The position numbers were made by a program, and so were the translations under genes. A DNA stretch of 61,497 nt, the filler included. It is 3 parts of 3 records of this genome, joined end to end, with 100 filler letters (N's around TTAATTAATTAA, not from the genome) between each part and the next. Parts side by side here need not be neighbours in the genome. Positions count along the whole stretch, not along the records: positions 1 to 29,856 come from SRR22947725_392; 2 more parts are not named here. The stretch is one strand, 5' to 3'. Shown in pieces: positions 10,220 through 19,877 of the stretch (its first letter is position 1; every line of letters begins with the position of its first letter). The notes under the pieces are model-generated. The model was not told the origin of the DNA. It ran no database searches and saw nothing but the letters and a program-made list of their open reading frames with translations.

Positions 10220-11186
10220 CTATTTTCTTTTCCCACTCAACAGAAGTTTTAATAATTAATTTTAAATCATCAAATTTTGGTTTCCAATTTATATGTTGAT
10301 GAAGTTTATCAACATTAGAAATTAATTTTTCAGAATCCCCAGGTCTCCTTTTATCATATTCAAATATTATTTTATTATCATATATCTGATTAGCAGTATT
10401 AATTACTTCTAATACTGAGTAACCCTTTCCATATCCACAATTAAAAATATTACTAATTTTTTTTTCTAATAAATATTTTGCTGCCTCTAAATGAATACTA
10501 GCTAAATCACTCACATGAATATAATCTCTAATTGCCGTGCCATCTTTAGTATTATAATCATCACCAAATATTGAGATTTTTTCTCTTTTTCCTACAGCAA
10601 CTTCACTAAGAATTTTAATTAAGTGTGTTGGCGTATCTGAAATAAGGCCTGATCGTAATTTAGGATCAGCACCAGCAACATTAAAGTACCTTAATATAAT
10701 TGAATTATATTTATCTTTGTTGTTTAATAAATATTCTTCCGTTTTAACCTTTGATTCTCCATAGGGGTTGAGGGGGTTAAGAATTTCATCTTCGGTTATT
10801 GATTCATTATTGATAGGATTTCCATAAGCCGCTGCTGTTGAAGAGAATATAATATTTTTTAAATTATTTTTATAGCACGTTTCAAAAAGCTTAATGGCGT
10901 TATCAGTGTTATTTTTAAAATATTTATCAGGATTTTGAACAGACTCTTCTACTTTGATAAATCCAGCAAAATGAAGAAGGAGATCAAAATTTTCCTCTAA
11001 TAATATACTAGAGATTTTCTCTGCATCATTAATATTTGCATTAATCAACCGGATATTTTCAGGGATAAGACTTTTATTTCCTGTGGAAAGGTCATCAATT
11101 ACAACTACTTCATGTTTATTTTCTAAAATAGAAAGCAAAACATGACTTCCTATATATCCAGCACCTCCCGTTAAAAGAATTTTCAT
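10203..11186 (-). CDS. galE: UDP-glucose 4-epimerase
   Basis: GGAGYIGSH, YGESK, LRYFNVAGA and DGTAIRDYIHV motifs. Confidence 0.93.
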   Translation of the reverse strand: MKILLTGGAGYIGSHVLLSILENKHEVVVIDDLSTGNKSLIPENIRLINANINDAEKISSILLEENFDLLLHFAGFIKVEESVQNPDKYFKNNTDNAIKLFETCYKNNLKNIIFSSTAAAYGNPINNESITEDEILNPLNPYGESKVKTEEYLLNNKDKYNSIILRYFNVAGADPKLRSGLISDTPTHLIKILSEVAVGKREKISIFGDDYNTKDGTAIRDYIHVSDLASIHLEAAKYLLEKKISNIFNCGYGKGYSVLEVINTANQIYDNKIIFEYDKRRPGDSEKLISNVDKLHQHINWKPKFDDLKLIIKTSVEWEKKIDEKNL

Positions 11187-11270
11187 AAAAATAAATATTA
11201 TTAATTAAACTATGACATTACCTCTTATAGATAATCTTTACACAAAAAAAATTTATGTTAAGATCATAAT

Positions 11271-12122
11271 ATGATCAAATTATTAGATACGCACCAACAT
11301 TTAGTCTACCGTGATGTTGCTGGCTATAGCTGGGCTAAAGATATACCACCACTTGCTGAAGATAATTTTACTGTTGGAGATTATTTAAAACTTACTGAGG
11401 GTCTAGGAATAGGCGGAACTCTATTTATGGAAACAGGAGTTGATGATCCTGATTATCAAAGTGAAGCTAAATACGTCAAAGGTTTAGCTGAAGATCCTGA
11501 TAATAATATTAAAGGTTTAATTGTTTCTATTAGACCAGAAAATGAAAATGAATTTAATAGTTGGTTTGAAAAAACACTTGAAATGAATGTTTCAGGGTAC
11601 AGGCGCATATTACATGTTATGCCTGATGAAACCTCTCAAGGGCAAACATTTATAAATAACGTAAAAAAAATTGGTCAAGCTGGCAAGCCATTTGATATTT
11701 GTTATCTTCCAACACAATTGTCAATAGCTTATGATTTTGCAAAGAATTGTGATGAAACAAATTTGGTTTTAAATCACTGTGGTGTTCCTTCTATTGCTAC
11801 TGGGGAAATAGATCAGTGGGGCAAGGATATTAAAAAATTATCAGAATTGCCTAACGTTTTTTGTAAGCTTTCTGGGTTAATGGCTTATTGTGCTCCGGGA
11901 ACTTCCTCGCAAGAGACAATTAAACCTTATGTTGATCATGTGTTGGAGTGTTTTGGTCCTAACAAAATGGTTTGGGGTAGTGATTGGCCTGTTGTAAATC
12001 TTGGCAAAGGAATTCAAGAATGGATTTCTGTTACAAGAAATATTTTTTCATCACTGTCGGAAGATGAAGCAGTTGCAATTGGAAATGGAAATGCTAAAAA
12101 AATTTATAAAGTAAATATATAA
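11271..12122 (+). CDS. Amidohydrolase-2 family, probable sugar lactonase (L-fucono/L-rhamnonolactonase-like)
   Basis: DTHQH, RRILH, LNHCG.P, CKLSG and WGSDWPV motifs. Confidence 0.8.
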   Translation: MIKLLDTHQHLVYRDVAGYSWAKDIPPLAEDNFTVGDYLKLTEGLGIGGTLFMETGVDDPDYQSEAKYVKGLAEDPDNNIKGLIVSIRPENENEFNSWFEKTLEMNVSGYRRILHVMPDETSQGQTFINNVKKIGQAGKPFDICYLPTQLSIAYDFAKNCDETNLVLNHCGVPSIATGEIDQWGKDIKKLSELPNVFCKLSGLMAYCAPGTSSQETIKPYVDHVLECFGPNKMVWGSDWPVVNLGKGIQEWISVTRNIFSSLSEDEAVAIGNGNAKKIYKVNI

Positions 12123-12170
12123 AACTACCACTGATTTGCCTTGATTTGAAGCTGAGTTAAATACTCCTTT

Positions 12171-12944
12171 TTAGAAAGAGGATGATACTCCACCATCAAC
12201 GAGTAATGTTTGACCCGTTACATATTTACTATCTTCAGAGCAGAAAAAGTAAACAGCACCTGCTATATCATCTGGATTACCATATCTTCCCATTGGTAGT
12301 TTTTCATATTTTAAATAAACATCTTTAAACCAGTCAGTATCCCATTCAAGATTGCCATCTTTCATTACAGATAAAGGTGTGTTTATAAATCCTGGAGCTA
12401 CAGAGTTTACTAAAATATTTTTTTCTGCTAATTCAACCGCAAGCACTCTTGTCATATTTATTAATCCGCCTTTTGCGGTGTTGTAAGATATATTACCTTT
12501 ATACCCTCTAATTCCTTGTATTGATGTTATCATGACAATTCTTGGAGTTAGAGACTTTTTCAGAAGAGACAGTGCATACTTTGAGCACAAAAAAGGGGCA
12601 TCCATGTTGACTTTCATTGTCTTTCTGTAAGCCTCATATGTTTGATCAGCTAATGTATACCCATCTTCAATGCCAGCATTATTAATTAAAAAATCTAATA
12701 CTCCCCATTTAGTTTTTGTAAATTCCATTAATTTTTTTATTTCTTCTTCTTTTGACAGATCTGTTTGAAAAAAACTTATTTTATTCTTATCAAGTTTATT
12801 TATTAAATTTTCAGCTAATTCTTTTCTTATATCTGCTATAATAACTTCAGCACCTTCGTCATATAATCGTTTTACTATACCCTCGCCAATTCCTCTAGAA
12901 CCACCCGTTACAATTGCCTTTTTATTTTCTAATCTCTTATCCAT
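12171..12944 (-). CDS. SDR family oxidoreductase
   Basis: TGGSRGIG, NNAG and YNTAK motifs; start re-assigned to ATG 12944. Confidence 0.9.
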   Translation of the reverse strand: MDKRLENKKAIVTGGSRGIGEGIVKRLYDEGAEVIIADIRKELAENLINKLDKNKISFFQTDLSKEEEIKKLMEFTKTKWGVLDFLINNAGIEDGYTLADQTYEAYRKTMKVNMDAPFLCSKYALSLLKKSLTPRIVMITSIQGIRGYKGNISYNTAKGGLINMTRVLAVELAEKNILVNSVAPGFINTPLSVMKDGNLEWDTDWFKDVYLKYEKLPMGRYGNPDDIAGAVYFFCSEDSKYVTGQTLLVDGGVSSSF

Positions 12945-12948
12945 AATA

Positions 12949-13749
12949 TTAGTACATAATCTTTTTTTCAGATCTTGAGATAATACTTGCAATTAATAAT
13001 ACAAGAAAAGATGTTAAAATTAAAATTAATGTTACAGATGCATTAACTTGCTTAGAAAAACCAACTCTCATTTTGGCCCAAAGCTTTATAGGCCAAGTAG
13101 TATCATTTCCTATTAAGAATAAAGTTATAAGTGTTTCATCAAGAGATATAGTGAAAGCAAGAAGACCAGCAATGATTAGAGATAGCTTTATATTAGGAAG
13201 AAGTACATACCAGAATGCCTGAAATTTGCTTGCTCCTAAATCATAAGCTGACTCCATTAGAGAAGGCTTAAGTGTTTCTAGTTTGTTAAGTATAATTTTG
13301 AAAACAATAGCAAGAACGAAAATGGTATGTCCAATAACAACAGTGTTTAATGATCTCGGGAGATTAATTTCTCTAAAGAAAATTAAAAGTGATAAGCCAG
13401 TTATTATCGGTGGTAATAAAAAAGGTAAAAAAATTATGAACTGAAGAAATTCTTTCATCTTACTTTTGCTAGTATGATAATAATTTGCAAAATAAAAACC
13501 TATAACCACTGAACAAATTACTGTTACAACACCGACATAAATAGAGTTCATCAATGACTCAAGTATTTGTTTTTCAAAAATAAGCTTTGTATAAGGCTCA
13601 TAAGAAAATGATGTCCAATCAACTTTTCCTTTTCGTGTTTTATAAAAAGAATAAAAAATAGTTAAAAAAATAGGCGTATATAATGCAGCCACTATTAAAC
13701 CTGTCAAGATCGCCATTACGTATTTGGTATAATTTTCTAGCTTAGTCAT
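12949..13749 (-). CDS. PotC-like ABC permease
   Basis: LYTPI, EAA-like loop (ESAYDLGAS), FTISLDE. Confidence 0.85.
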   Translation of the reverse strand: MTKLENYTKYVMAILTGLIVAALYTPIFLTIFYSFYKTRKGKVDWTSFSYEPYTKLIFEKQILESLMNSIYVGVVTVICSVVIGFYFANYYHTSKSKMKEFLQFIIFLPFLLPPIITGLSLLIFFREINLPRSLNTVVIGHTIFVLAIVFKIILNKLETLKPSLMESAYDLGASKFQAFWYVLLPNIKLSLIIAGLLAFTISLDETLITLFLIGNDTTWPIKLWAKMRVGFSKQVNASVTLILILTSFLVLLIASIISRSEKKIMY

Positions 13750-14597
13750 GCCTTCGATTTTTCTGTTAAGCGGTTAGTAAATAAAATAATAATAACTGAC
13801 ACAATTAATAAAATGCTTGCAAGAGCCGCACCAAACGGCCAGTTAAATGCCATACCAAAATTACTATAAATTATTTTGCCATATGTAAAGCCAGATGTCC
13901 CGCCTACTAATTGTGGTGTAACAAAATCACCTAGTGCTAAGATAAATACAAAAATACTCCCAACTATTAAGCCTGGCAAACCAATAGGAAAAATAACATA
14001 TCTAAAAGCTTGAAATGGTTTACATCCTAAATCAAAAGACGCTTCAATGATGTTTTTTGGAATTTTTTCTAAAGATGTAAAAGTTGGAATTATTATTAAA
14101 GGTAAAAGAATAACAACGAGTGTTATTATTACAGCATTTTGATTCCATAAAAAAAACTCGAGTGGTTTTTCAATCACTCCTAACATTTTTAAAACTTTAT
14201 TAATTAAACCTGAGAAACCTAGTATTGATCTCATCATATATATTTTTATGATGTAGCTCATAAAAAGAGGAATAATTAACATCAATAATATTGAATACTT
14301 ATACTTACCAGCATATCTAGCTAAAAAATATGCAACTGGGTATCCAAGTAAAATACAAATAAACATTACAATTAAAGCAAGTAAAATTGTTCTAATAAAT
14401 GTTTTTATATATATTTCTCCAGTAAGAAACTCTTGGTAATTAAATAAACTAAACTCATGATTTATATCAGTCCCATCAACCGTAAAGAAAGAATAGGATA
14501 AAAAAGATCCTAGTGGAATTAGAATAAGGGATATGACAAGAACAAAACTTATAAGTGTCCAAATTGATGTCCTAAAATAATTAACTACTTGTCTCAT
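13746..14597 (-). CDS. PotB-like ABC permease
   Basis: GYPVAY, EASFDLG, GDFVTPQLVGG, NWPFGAA; start re-assigned to ATG 14597. Confidence 0.85.
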   Translation of the reverse strand: MRQVVNYFRTSIWTLISFVLVISLILIPLGSFLSYSFFTVDGTDINHEFSLFNYQEFLTGEIYIKTFIRTILLALIVMFICILLGYPVAYFLARYAGKYKYSILLMLIIPLFMSYIIKIYMMRSILGFSGLINKVLKMLGVIEKPLEFFLWNQNAVIITLVVILLPLIIIPTFTSLEKIPKNIIEASFDLGCKPFQAFRYVIFPIGLPGLIVGSIFVFILALGDFVTPQLVGGTSGFTYGKIIYSNFGMAFNWPFGAALASILLIVSVIIILFTNRLTEKSKA

Positions 14598-15663
14598 CTT
14601 TAAATATTGTTCCAACACCGGTATTAAGTTCTGCATTTATTACATCACCTTGTTGGAAGGATTGTGAGATATTTGAACTGATGTTTTGGATTTTTAAATA
14701 TTTTTCACTGTGCCTGCTCTTTACATTTAAATTTGAGGTAGACCCTCTAAATTCTACGTCTTTTACAATAACTTCAATACTATTTGAGTTACTCTGATCT
14801 AATATTTTGATTTCTTCAGGCCTAATGCCAAATGTTAACGAGTCGCCAATTGATTTATCTATACTCTGATTAATTAATAATTGACCAAATTCTGACTCAA
14901 CAACAATACTATCTTCTTTTTTATCAACTATTTTGCATGCTATAAGATTACACTCTCCAAAAAATTTTGCCATGTATATTGTTTTCGGACTGTAGTATAA
15001 ATCTTTTGGTGATCCAATTTGTTCAAATTTATGATTATTAAGTACGGCAATTCTATCAGATAAAAATATAGCTTCTTCTTGATCATGAGTGATAAAAATA
15101 AATGATATTTTAATTTTTTTTTGTATTTCTTTTAAAAATAGTTGCATTTGTTTTCTAAGTTCAGCATCAAGTGCTCCCAAAGGTTCATCAAGTAAAATAA
15201 TTTTAGGTTCGCAAATTATTGCTCTTGCTAAAGCGACTCTTTGTTGTTGACCACCAGATAATTCTTGTGGCATACGATCAGAAAAATTTTCAAGCCCTAC
15301 AATTTGTAAAACTTCTTGAACTTTCTCCTTTATTTTTAAGGTGTTAACATTTTTAATTTTTAATCCAAACCCAACATTGTTAAATACATTCATATTTGGA
15401 AATAAAGCATAATCTTGAAAGACAGTATTGAAAGGTCTTTCAAAAATTGGTTGCTCATTAATAATATTATTTTCATAAAAGATTTGACCTGAAGTTGGTT
15501 TTACAAAGCCACCAATCATTCTAATAATTGTTGATTTTCCAGAACCACTTGAGCCAAGTATTGTAAAAAATTCGTTATTATTAATTTTAAAATTAATATT
15601 ATCTAAAACTTTAGTTTCACCATAACTTTTGGAAATATTTTTAAGTTCTAAAATTTCACTCAT
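14581..15663 (-). CDS. PotA-like ABC ATPase
   Basis: GSSGSGKS Walker A, VFQDYALFP, LSGGQQQR, LLDEP, THDQEEA. Confidence 0.9.
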   Translation of the reverse strand: MSEILELKNISKSYGETKVLDNINFKINNNEFFTILGSSGSGKSTIIRMIGGFVKPTSGQIFYENNIINEQPIFERPFNTVFQDYALFPNMNVFNNVGFGLKIKNVNTLKIKEKVQEVLQIVGLENFSDRMPQELSGGQQQRVALARAIICEPKIILLDEPLGALDAELRKQMQLFLKEIQKKIKISFIFITHDQEEAIFLSDRIAVLNNHKFEQIGSPKDLYYSPKTIYMAKFFGECNLIACKIVDKKEDSIVVESEFGQLLINQSIDKSIGDSLTFGIRPEEIKILDQSNSNSIEVIVKDVEFRGSTSNLNVKSRHSEKYLKIQNISSNISQSFQQGDVINAELNTGVGTIFKDETSS

Positions 15664-15869
15664 TATTTATTCAATTGGTAGATGTATAAATTTATTTATA
15701 TAAAATATTTGCAATTTTTTATTTAAAAAGTCAATTTGTTCTTCATAAATACAAGGAATTTAATGTATTGAAAATTTTATATTTAAAAGTTTCATTCAAA
15801 TATCAAATTCAATATTTGACACCAATTATAAATACTGATTTATTGAATAAAATATTAATTGGAGGATTT

Positions 15870-16877
15870 ATGAAAAAATTAATTTATTCTTTTTTATCAT
15901 TTATTTTTATTTTCTCATTTACATTTTCTTCACATGCCGCAAGAGAATTAAGTCTTGGGTGTTTTGAAGGTTATGCTGAGCAAGAATGGATTGATGAATT
16001 TGAAGCAAAATATGACGTTAAGGTAAAAGTTAAATATGTAGGAAGTGTTGATGAATTATTTGCGTTAACTCAAGCTAGTAAAGGTGAAGATTTTGATCTT
16101 ATTTCTATAGATACAAGTTTATTTCCAAGATACCATGGTGCAGGCTTGCTTAAAGCATATGACAAAAGTCAACTTAGTAATTTTAATAATCTAATGCCAG
16201 CTTTTCAAAGTGTAAAAGAAGTTGAAATTGATGGCGGATATTATGGTGTTCCAATTTCTTGGGGTTCATTAGGCTTGATTTATGATGTTGATGAGTTTGG
16301 AGAGGGCGGAGTTGACTCTTGGTCAGTTATGCATGATCCTGCAAATGCAGGCAAGATGATTGTGCTAGATGATACTAATAACAACATTGTTAATACAGCT
16401 ATTTATCTAGGAATGGATAATCCATATAATTTATCTGAAGCAGAAATGGAGCAAGTTAAGCAAACACTTATTGATCAAAAAAAATTAGTGCTAACTTATT
16501 TTGCTGGTTTTGATGAAGGTAACCAGATTTGGGATAGTGGAGGAGTTTCTTTGATGTTCTCAATGGGAGAATTTCAAGAAGTTGCCCTTAAGGATATGGG
16601 TCACAATGTAAAATATATTATTCCTAAAGAAGGTGGAATTGGTTGGCTTGATACTTGGGCTATGACCTCAGGTGCGGATGAAGAACTGGCACACGCATGG
16701 GCAAATTTTTTCATTGAAAAATCTACTCAAGAAGTAATGAATAGTAGATATGGTTACGGAACTGTAACTCATGAATCACCTGGTCTTGATTATGCTGATC
16801 TTTTGAATTGGCTTCAGCCAGCTGAGGATTTTGAATGGAGAAATAGAGTTTGGAATGAAGTTAAAGCTTCAAACTAA
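15870..16877 (+). CDS. PotD-like (polyamine/opine-class) ABC substrate-binding protein
   Basis: Signal peptide after GGAGG SD (15861-15865); GVPISWGSLG and IPKEGGIGWLD motifs. Confidence 0.8.
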   Translation: MKKLIYSFLSFIFIFSFTFSSHAARELSLGCFEGYAEQEWIDEFEAKYDVKVKVKYVGSVDELFALTQASKGEDFDLISIDTSLFPRYHGAGLLKAYDKSQLSNFNNLMPAFQSVKEVEIDGGYYGVPISWGSLGLIYDVDEFGEGGVDSWSVMHDPANAGKMIVLDDTNNNIVNTAIYLGMDNPYNLSEAEMEQVKQTLIDQKKLVLTYFAGFDEGNQIWDSGGVSLMFSMGEFQEVALKDMGHNVKYIIPKEGGIGWLDTWAMTSGADEELAHAWANFFIEKSTQEVMNSRYGYGTVTHESPGLDYADLLNWLQPAEDFEWRNRVWNEVKASN

Positions 16878-16887
16878 ATTATTTTAT

Positions 16888-16908
16888 TTGGGGGCGATTA
16901 GCCCCCAA
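16888..16908 (+). terminator. GC-rich stem-loop after the SBP gene (terminator or mRNA stabiliser)
   Basis: TTGGGGGC-GATTA-GCCCCCAA. Confidence 0.6.
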
Positions 16909-16953
16909 TTTCTGCCTAACTTTTTAAATTAATTATCAGTAAGGTTTTTAAAA

Positions 16954-18123
16954 ATGAAAATAACTAAAATTGAAACATTCTCTTTATTAATTCCTGATTT
17001 TGACGCAGATGCTTGTAGCTCTGCCCAAGATAATTTGGTTGTAAAAATTTATACTGATAGCGGACTTTTTGGTATTGGAGAAACAGATACAAATCCGTGG
17101 GGTGTTAAAGCTACCATTGAGTCTCCAGGAACACATGCTATGGCAAGAAGTTTTAGCGATATACTGGTCGGTAAAGACCCAAGAAACGTGGAAGGTCTCT
17201 GGCATGAGATGAATGAAAAAACTTTGATGACATCAAGAAGAGGCTTGGGCATATGTGCAATTGGAGCAATTGATATGGCTCTTTGGGACTTGTGTGGTAA
17301 AATTTATAATCAGCCAGTATGGAAAATTCTTGGTGGTTCTAAAAAAAATTTTGTTACCCCATATGCTTCCCTTTTACCTGAAGGACATACTTTAGAAGAA
17401 TATTCAAAAAGTCTTGTAGAAAAAACGAAAGCTGCAAAGAAATTAGGATTTAAAGCAGCAAAGTTAGAAATATGTATAAAAGGTCCGTACTCTCATAATA
17501 ATTTACAAATTGATGATGATAGAGAATTTGCAAAAATGGTCAGGCTTTGTAGGGAAGCAGTTGGAGATGAGATGACACTTATGGCAGATGTTGCCTATGC
17601 ATGGCAAGATTGGAAAAGTGCAAAGAGGGCATTAGACATGTGTGAAAAAGAAAATTTATTTTTTATTGAAACACCTTTGCCAATTGAAGATTTAGAAGGT
17701 TTAAATAAATTATCTCAATCTGTGCAAACCAGAACCGCAACAGGTGAAATGTTACAAACTCGATACGAGTGTTTTGAAACAATTATTAGAGGTAATGTAG
17801 ATGTTATACAACCTGATGTTGGTAGAGTAGGTGGATTAACAGAAGCTAAAAGAGTTTGTGATTTTGCAGAAGATAAAGGTGTGTTAGTAGTTCCACATTG
17901 TTGGAAATCAGCTATTGGAATTGCAGCATCAGCACATTTATCTGCAACAACTACCGCATGTCCATACATAGAATTTTTACCTTCAGCACTTGCTGAGTCT
18001 CAATTACGTAAAGATCTAGTACTTAATGAATTACCAGTTGTTGATGGAAAGATTTATTTACCTGAGCAACCTGGTTTGGGTATAGAGCTTAATGAAGATA
18101 AACTTAATCAATATTTAATTTAA
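16954..18123 (+). CDS. Mandelate racemase/muconate lactonizing (enolase superfamily) enzyme 1, probable acid-sugar dehydratase
   Basis: IDMALWDL.GK; metal ligands D..ETP..GE; QPDVGR, PHCW and PGLG motifs. Confidence 0.9.
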   Translation: MKITKIETFSLLIPDFDADACSSAQDNLVVKIYTDSGLFGIGETDTNPWGVKATIESPGTHAMARSFSDILVGKDPRNVEGLWHEMNEKTLMTSRRGLGICAIGAIDMALWDLCGKIYNQPVWKILGGSKKNFVTPYASLLPEGHTLEEYSKSLVEKTKAAKKLGFKAAKLEICIKGPYSHNNLQIDDDREFAKMVRLCREAVGDEMTLMADVAYAWQDWKSAKRALDMCEKENLFFIETPLPIEDLEGLNKLSQSVQTRTATGEMLQTRYECFETIIRGNVDVIQPDVGRVGGLTEAKRVCDFAEDKGVLVVPHCWKSAIGIAASAHLSATTTACPYIEFLPSALAESQLRKDLVLNELPVVDGKIYLPEQPGLGIELNEDKLNQYLI

Positions 18124-18145
18124 TGATATTAAATTGATTTAAATT

Positions 18146-18577
18146 ATGAATATAAAATTTATTGACACCCCTAAGCCAATTGGTAATTTTACTAATGTAA
18201 GATTTTCTGGAAAATATGCATATATCTCTGGTCAAGGAGCATTTGATGCTAGTGGAAATCTTATAACGGGTAAAGTTGGCAAAGATTTAAATCTTGATGA
18301 AGGGTATGAAGCAGCTAGAAGGGTGGGCATTACAATACTATCAGTAATTAAAAATGATATTGGTTTTGATAAAGTACTAAAGGTTGTAAAAATTCTTGGA
18401 TTAGTAAATTGCACAAAAGATTTTTTATCACAACCTAAAGTTATAAATGGTTGCTCTGATCTCTTAGTTGAATATTTTGGTAAAGAGAAGGGTGTCCATG
18501 CAAGAAGTGCAATGGGAGTTTATGTTTTACCAAACAACATTCCTGTAGAGATAGAAGCTATTATTGAGTTAATTTAA
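18146..18577 (+). CDS. RidA/YjgF family imine deaminase
   Basis: YISGQG, VINGCSDLL, HARSAMGV and PVEIE motifs (catalytic Arg retained). Confidence 0.88.
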   Translation: MNIKFIDTPKPIGNFTNVRFSGKYAYISGQGAFDASGNLITGKVGKDLNLDEGYEAARRVGITILSVIKNDIGFDKVLKVVKILGLVNCTKDFLSQPKVINGCSDLLVEYFGKEKGVHARSAMGVYVLPNNIPVEIEAIIELI

Positions 18578-19777
18578 CCAGGATAACCAATCTTTATTTG
18601 ATTTAATAGAATATTCTTTTTGAGAAATATTATTTTTTAACTTTCTAGAATTTAGTTTTAGTATAGTTTTTTTTAACTCATTCATTACGACTTTTTCTTG
18701 TCCTTTTTTTAAATTACAAGTATCTAATTCAAAATGATTCAGGTGGATTAAATCATCTCTAACAAAAATTGCAGGATTATTTTTTTCTAAGTAATAGCTT
18801 AGTGATTGAATTGTAAATTTTGATATTTTAGAATCAACATGTACTCGAAGTCTATTTATTTTATTACCTGTTGGATCTGCTATAATCTCATAGGTAATAC
18901 CCTTAAATTTTTCTTTTGCTAGAAATGTCAACCAGACTTGTAAAATTTTATTTTGATTATTGATTTCTTTTTTCCAATTTCTTTTATACCAGTTTTCAAC
19001 ACCAATAATTGCTGCATAAATAGCTTCTTTACCCACCTTCATTCCTCTTCCAATGCCTAAATTTTGTAGATAAATATTTTTTACATATTTTTTCTTACCT
19101 GCCAAAATACCAGCAGTAAGTGAACCCATAAATTTATGAGCGCTAAAAATTACTATATCAGCACCAATCTTGAAGAATTCTTCCATATATTCTTCTGAAG
19201 CTGCATCTACTATTGTGGGTATCTTATATTGCTTACATAATTTTAAAAATTTTGAAATCTCTATTGCATTATAATCAGAGCAATGATGAGAAACAACATA
19301 CATTGCACAAGCAATATTTTTTTTATTTTTTGATAAAGATTTGTCTAATTGTTCTATTGAACATGAGTCTTTAAGACCACAAGTTAATATTTTAGCACCT
19401 GATAGCTCTATTCCTTGTCTAACTTCGGCACCATAATTTGTCAGATGTCCTCTTTGTATTAATACTTTGCTTTTCATTCCGTTAGTATTGGGAAGTTTAA
19501 AAACCTTTTTTAAATCATTCCCTGTCATCATGCTAGCAACACTCTCAGTCAAACCGCCAGCAGCTGAAGCAGTTATTACTGCTGATTCTGTATTAAAACA
19601 TTTTGATATTCTTTTTGAGGCAATAGCTTGTAACTCATCAATGTTAACAAAATTTGTAAAAATTTCATTTGCAGCTTTGATTGATTTTGGATTTGTTATT
19701 GAAGCGCCAATTTTTGTCATAAAACCACTGACATTTATTATTGGAGTCAAATTATTTTTTTTATAAAAATTTTTCAC
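18569..19777 (-). CDS. SelA-like PLP enzyme, DgaE (D-glucosaminate-6-phosphate ammonia-lyase)-like
   Basis: IINVSGFMTKIGAS, VDAASE, FSAHK (PLP Lys) and GRGMKVGKE motifs; GTG start. Confidence 0.8.
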   Translation of the reverse strand: MKNFYKKNNLTPIINVSGFMTKIGASITNPKSIKAANEIFTNFVNIDELQAIASKRISKCFNTESAVITASAAGGLTESVASMMTGNDLKKVFKLPNTNGMKSKVLIQRGHLTNYGAEVRQGIELSGAKILTCGLKDSCSIEQLDKSLSKNKKNIACAMYVVSHHCSDYNAIEISKFLKLCKQYKIPTIVDAASEEYMEEFFKIGADIVIFSAHKFMGSLTAGILAGKKKYVKNIYLQNLGIGRGMKVGKEAIYAAIIGVENWYKRNWKKEINNQNKILQVWLTFLAKEKFKGITYEIIADPTGNKINRLRVHVDSKISKFTIQSLSYYLEKNNPAIFVRDDLIHLNHFELDTCNLKKGQEKVVMNELKKTILKLNSRKLKNNISQKEYSIKSNKDWLSWLN

Positions 19778-19877
19778 AATTATTATTTATTATTTCAATT
19801 TAACTTATAGTATAATATTTTTTTAATGAATAAAATTATGGAATATTAAAAAAAAAAATTAACTCAAGGAATCTTTT

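Noticed and set aside
15690-15820. Possible IclR operator-like TTyAwATrTrAAA motifs (also about 24425-24460 and 26445-26460)
   Set aside because: Too AT-rich and degenerate to distinguish from background without motif statistics
18569-19777. Selenocysteine synthase (selA) call
   Set aside because: The GRGMKVGKE motif, protein length and sugar-catabolic context fit DgaE-like enzymes; no selB, selC or selD nearby
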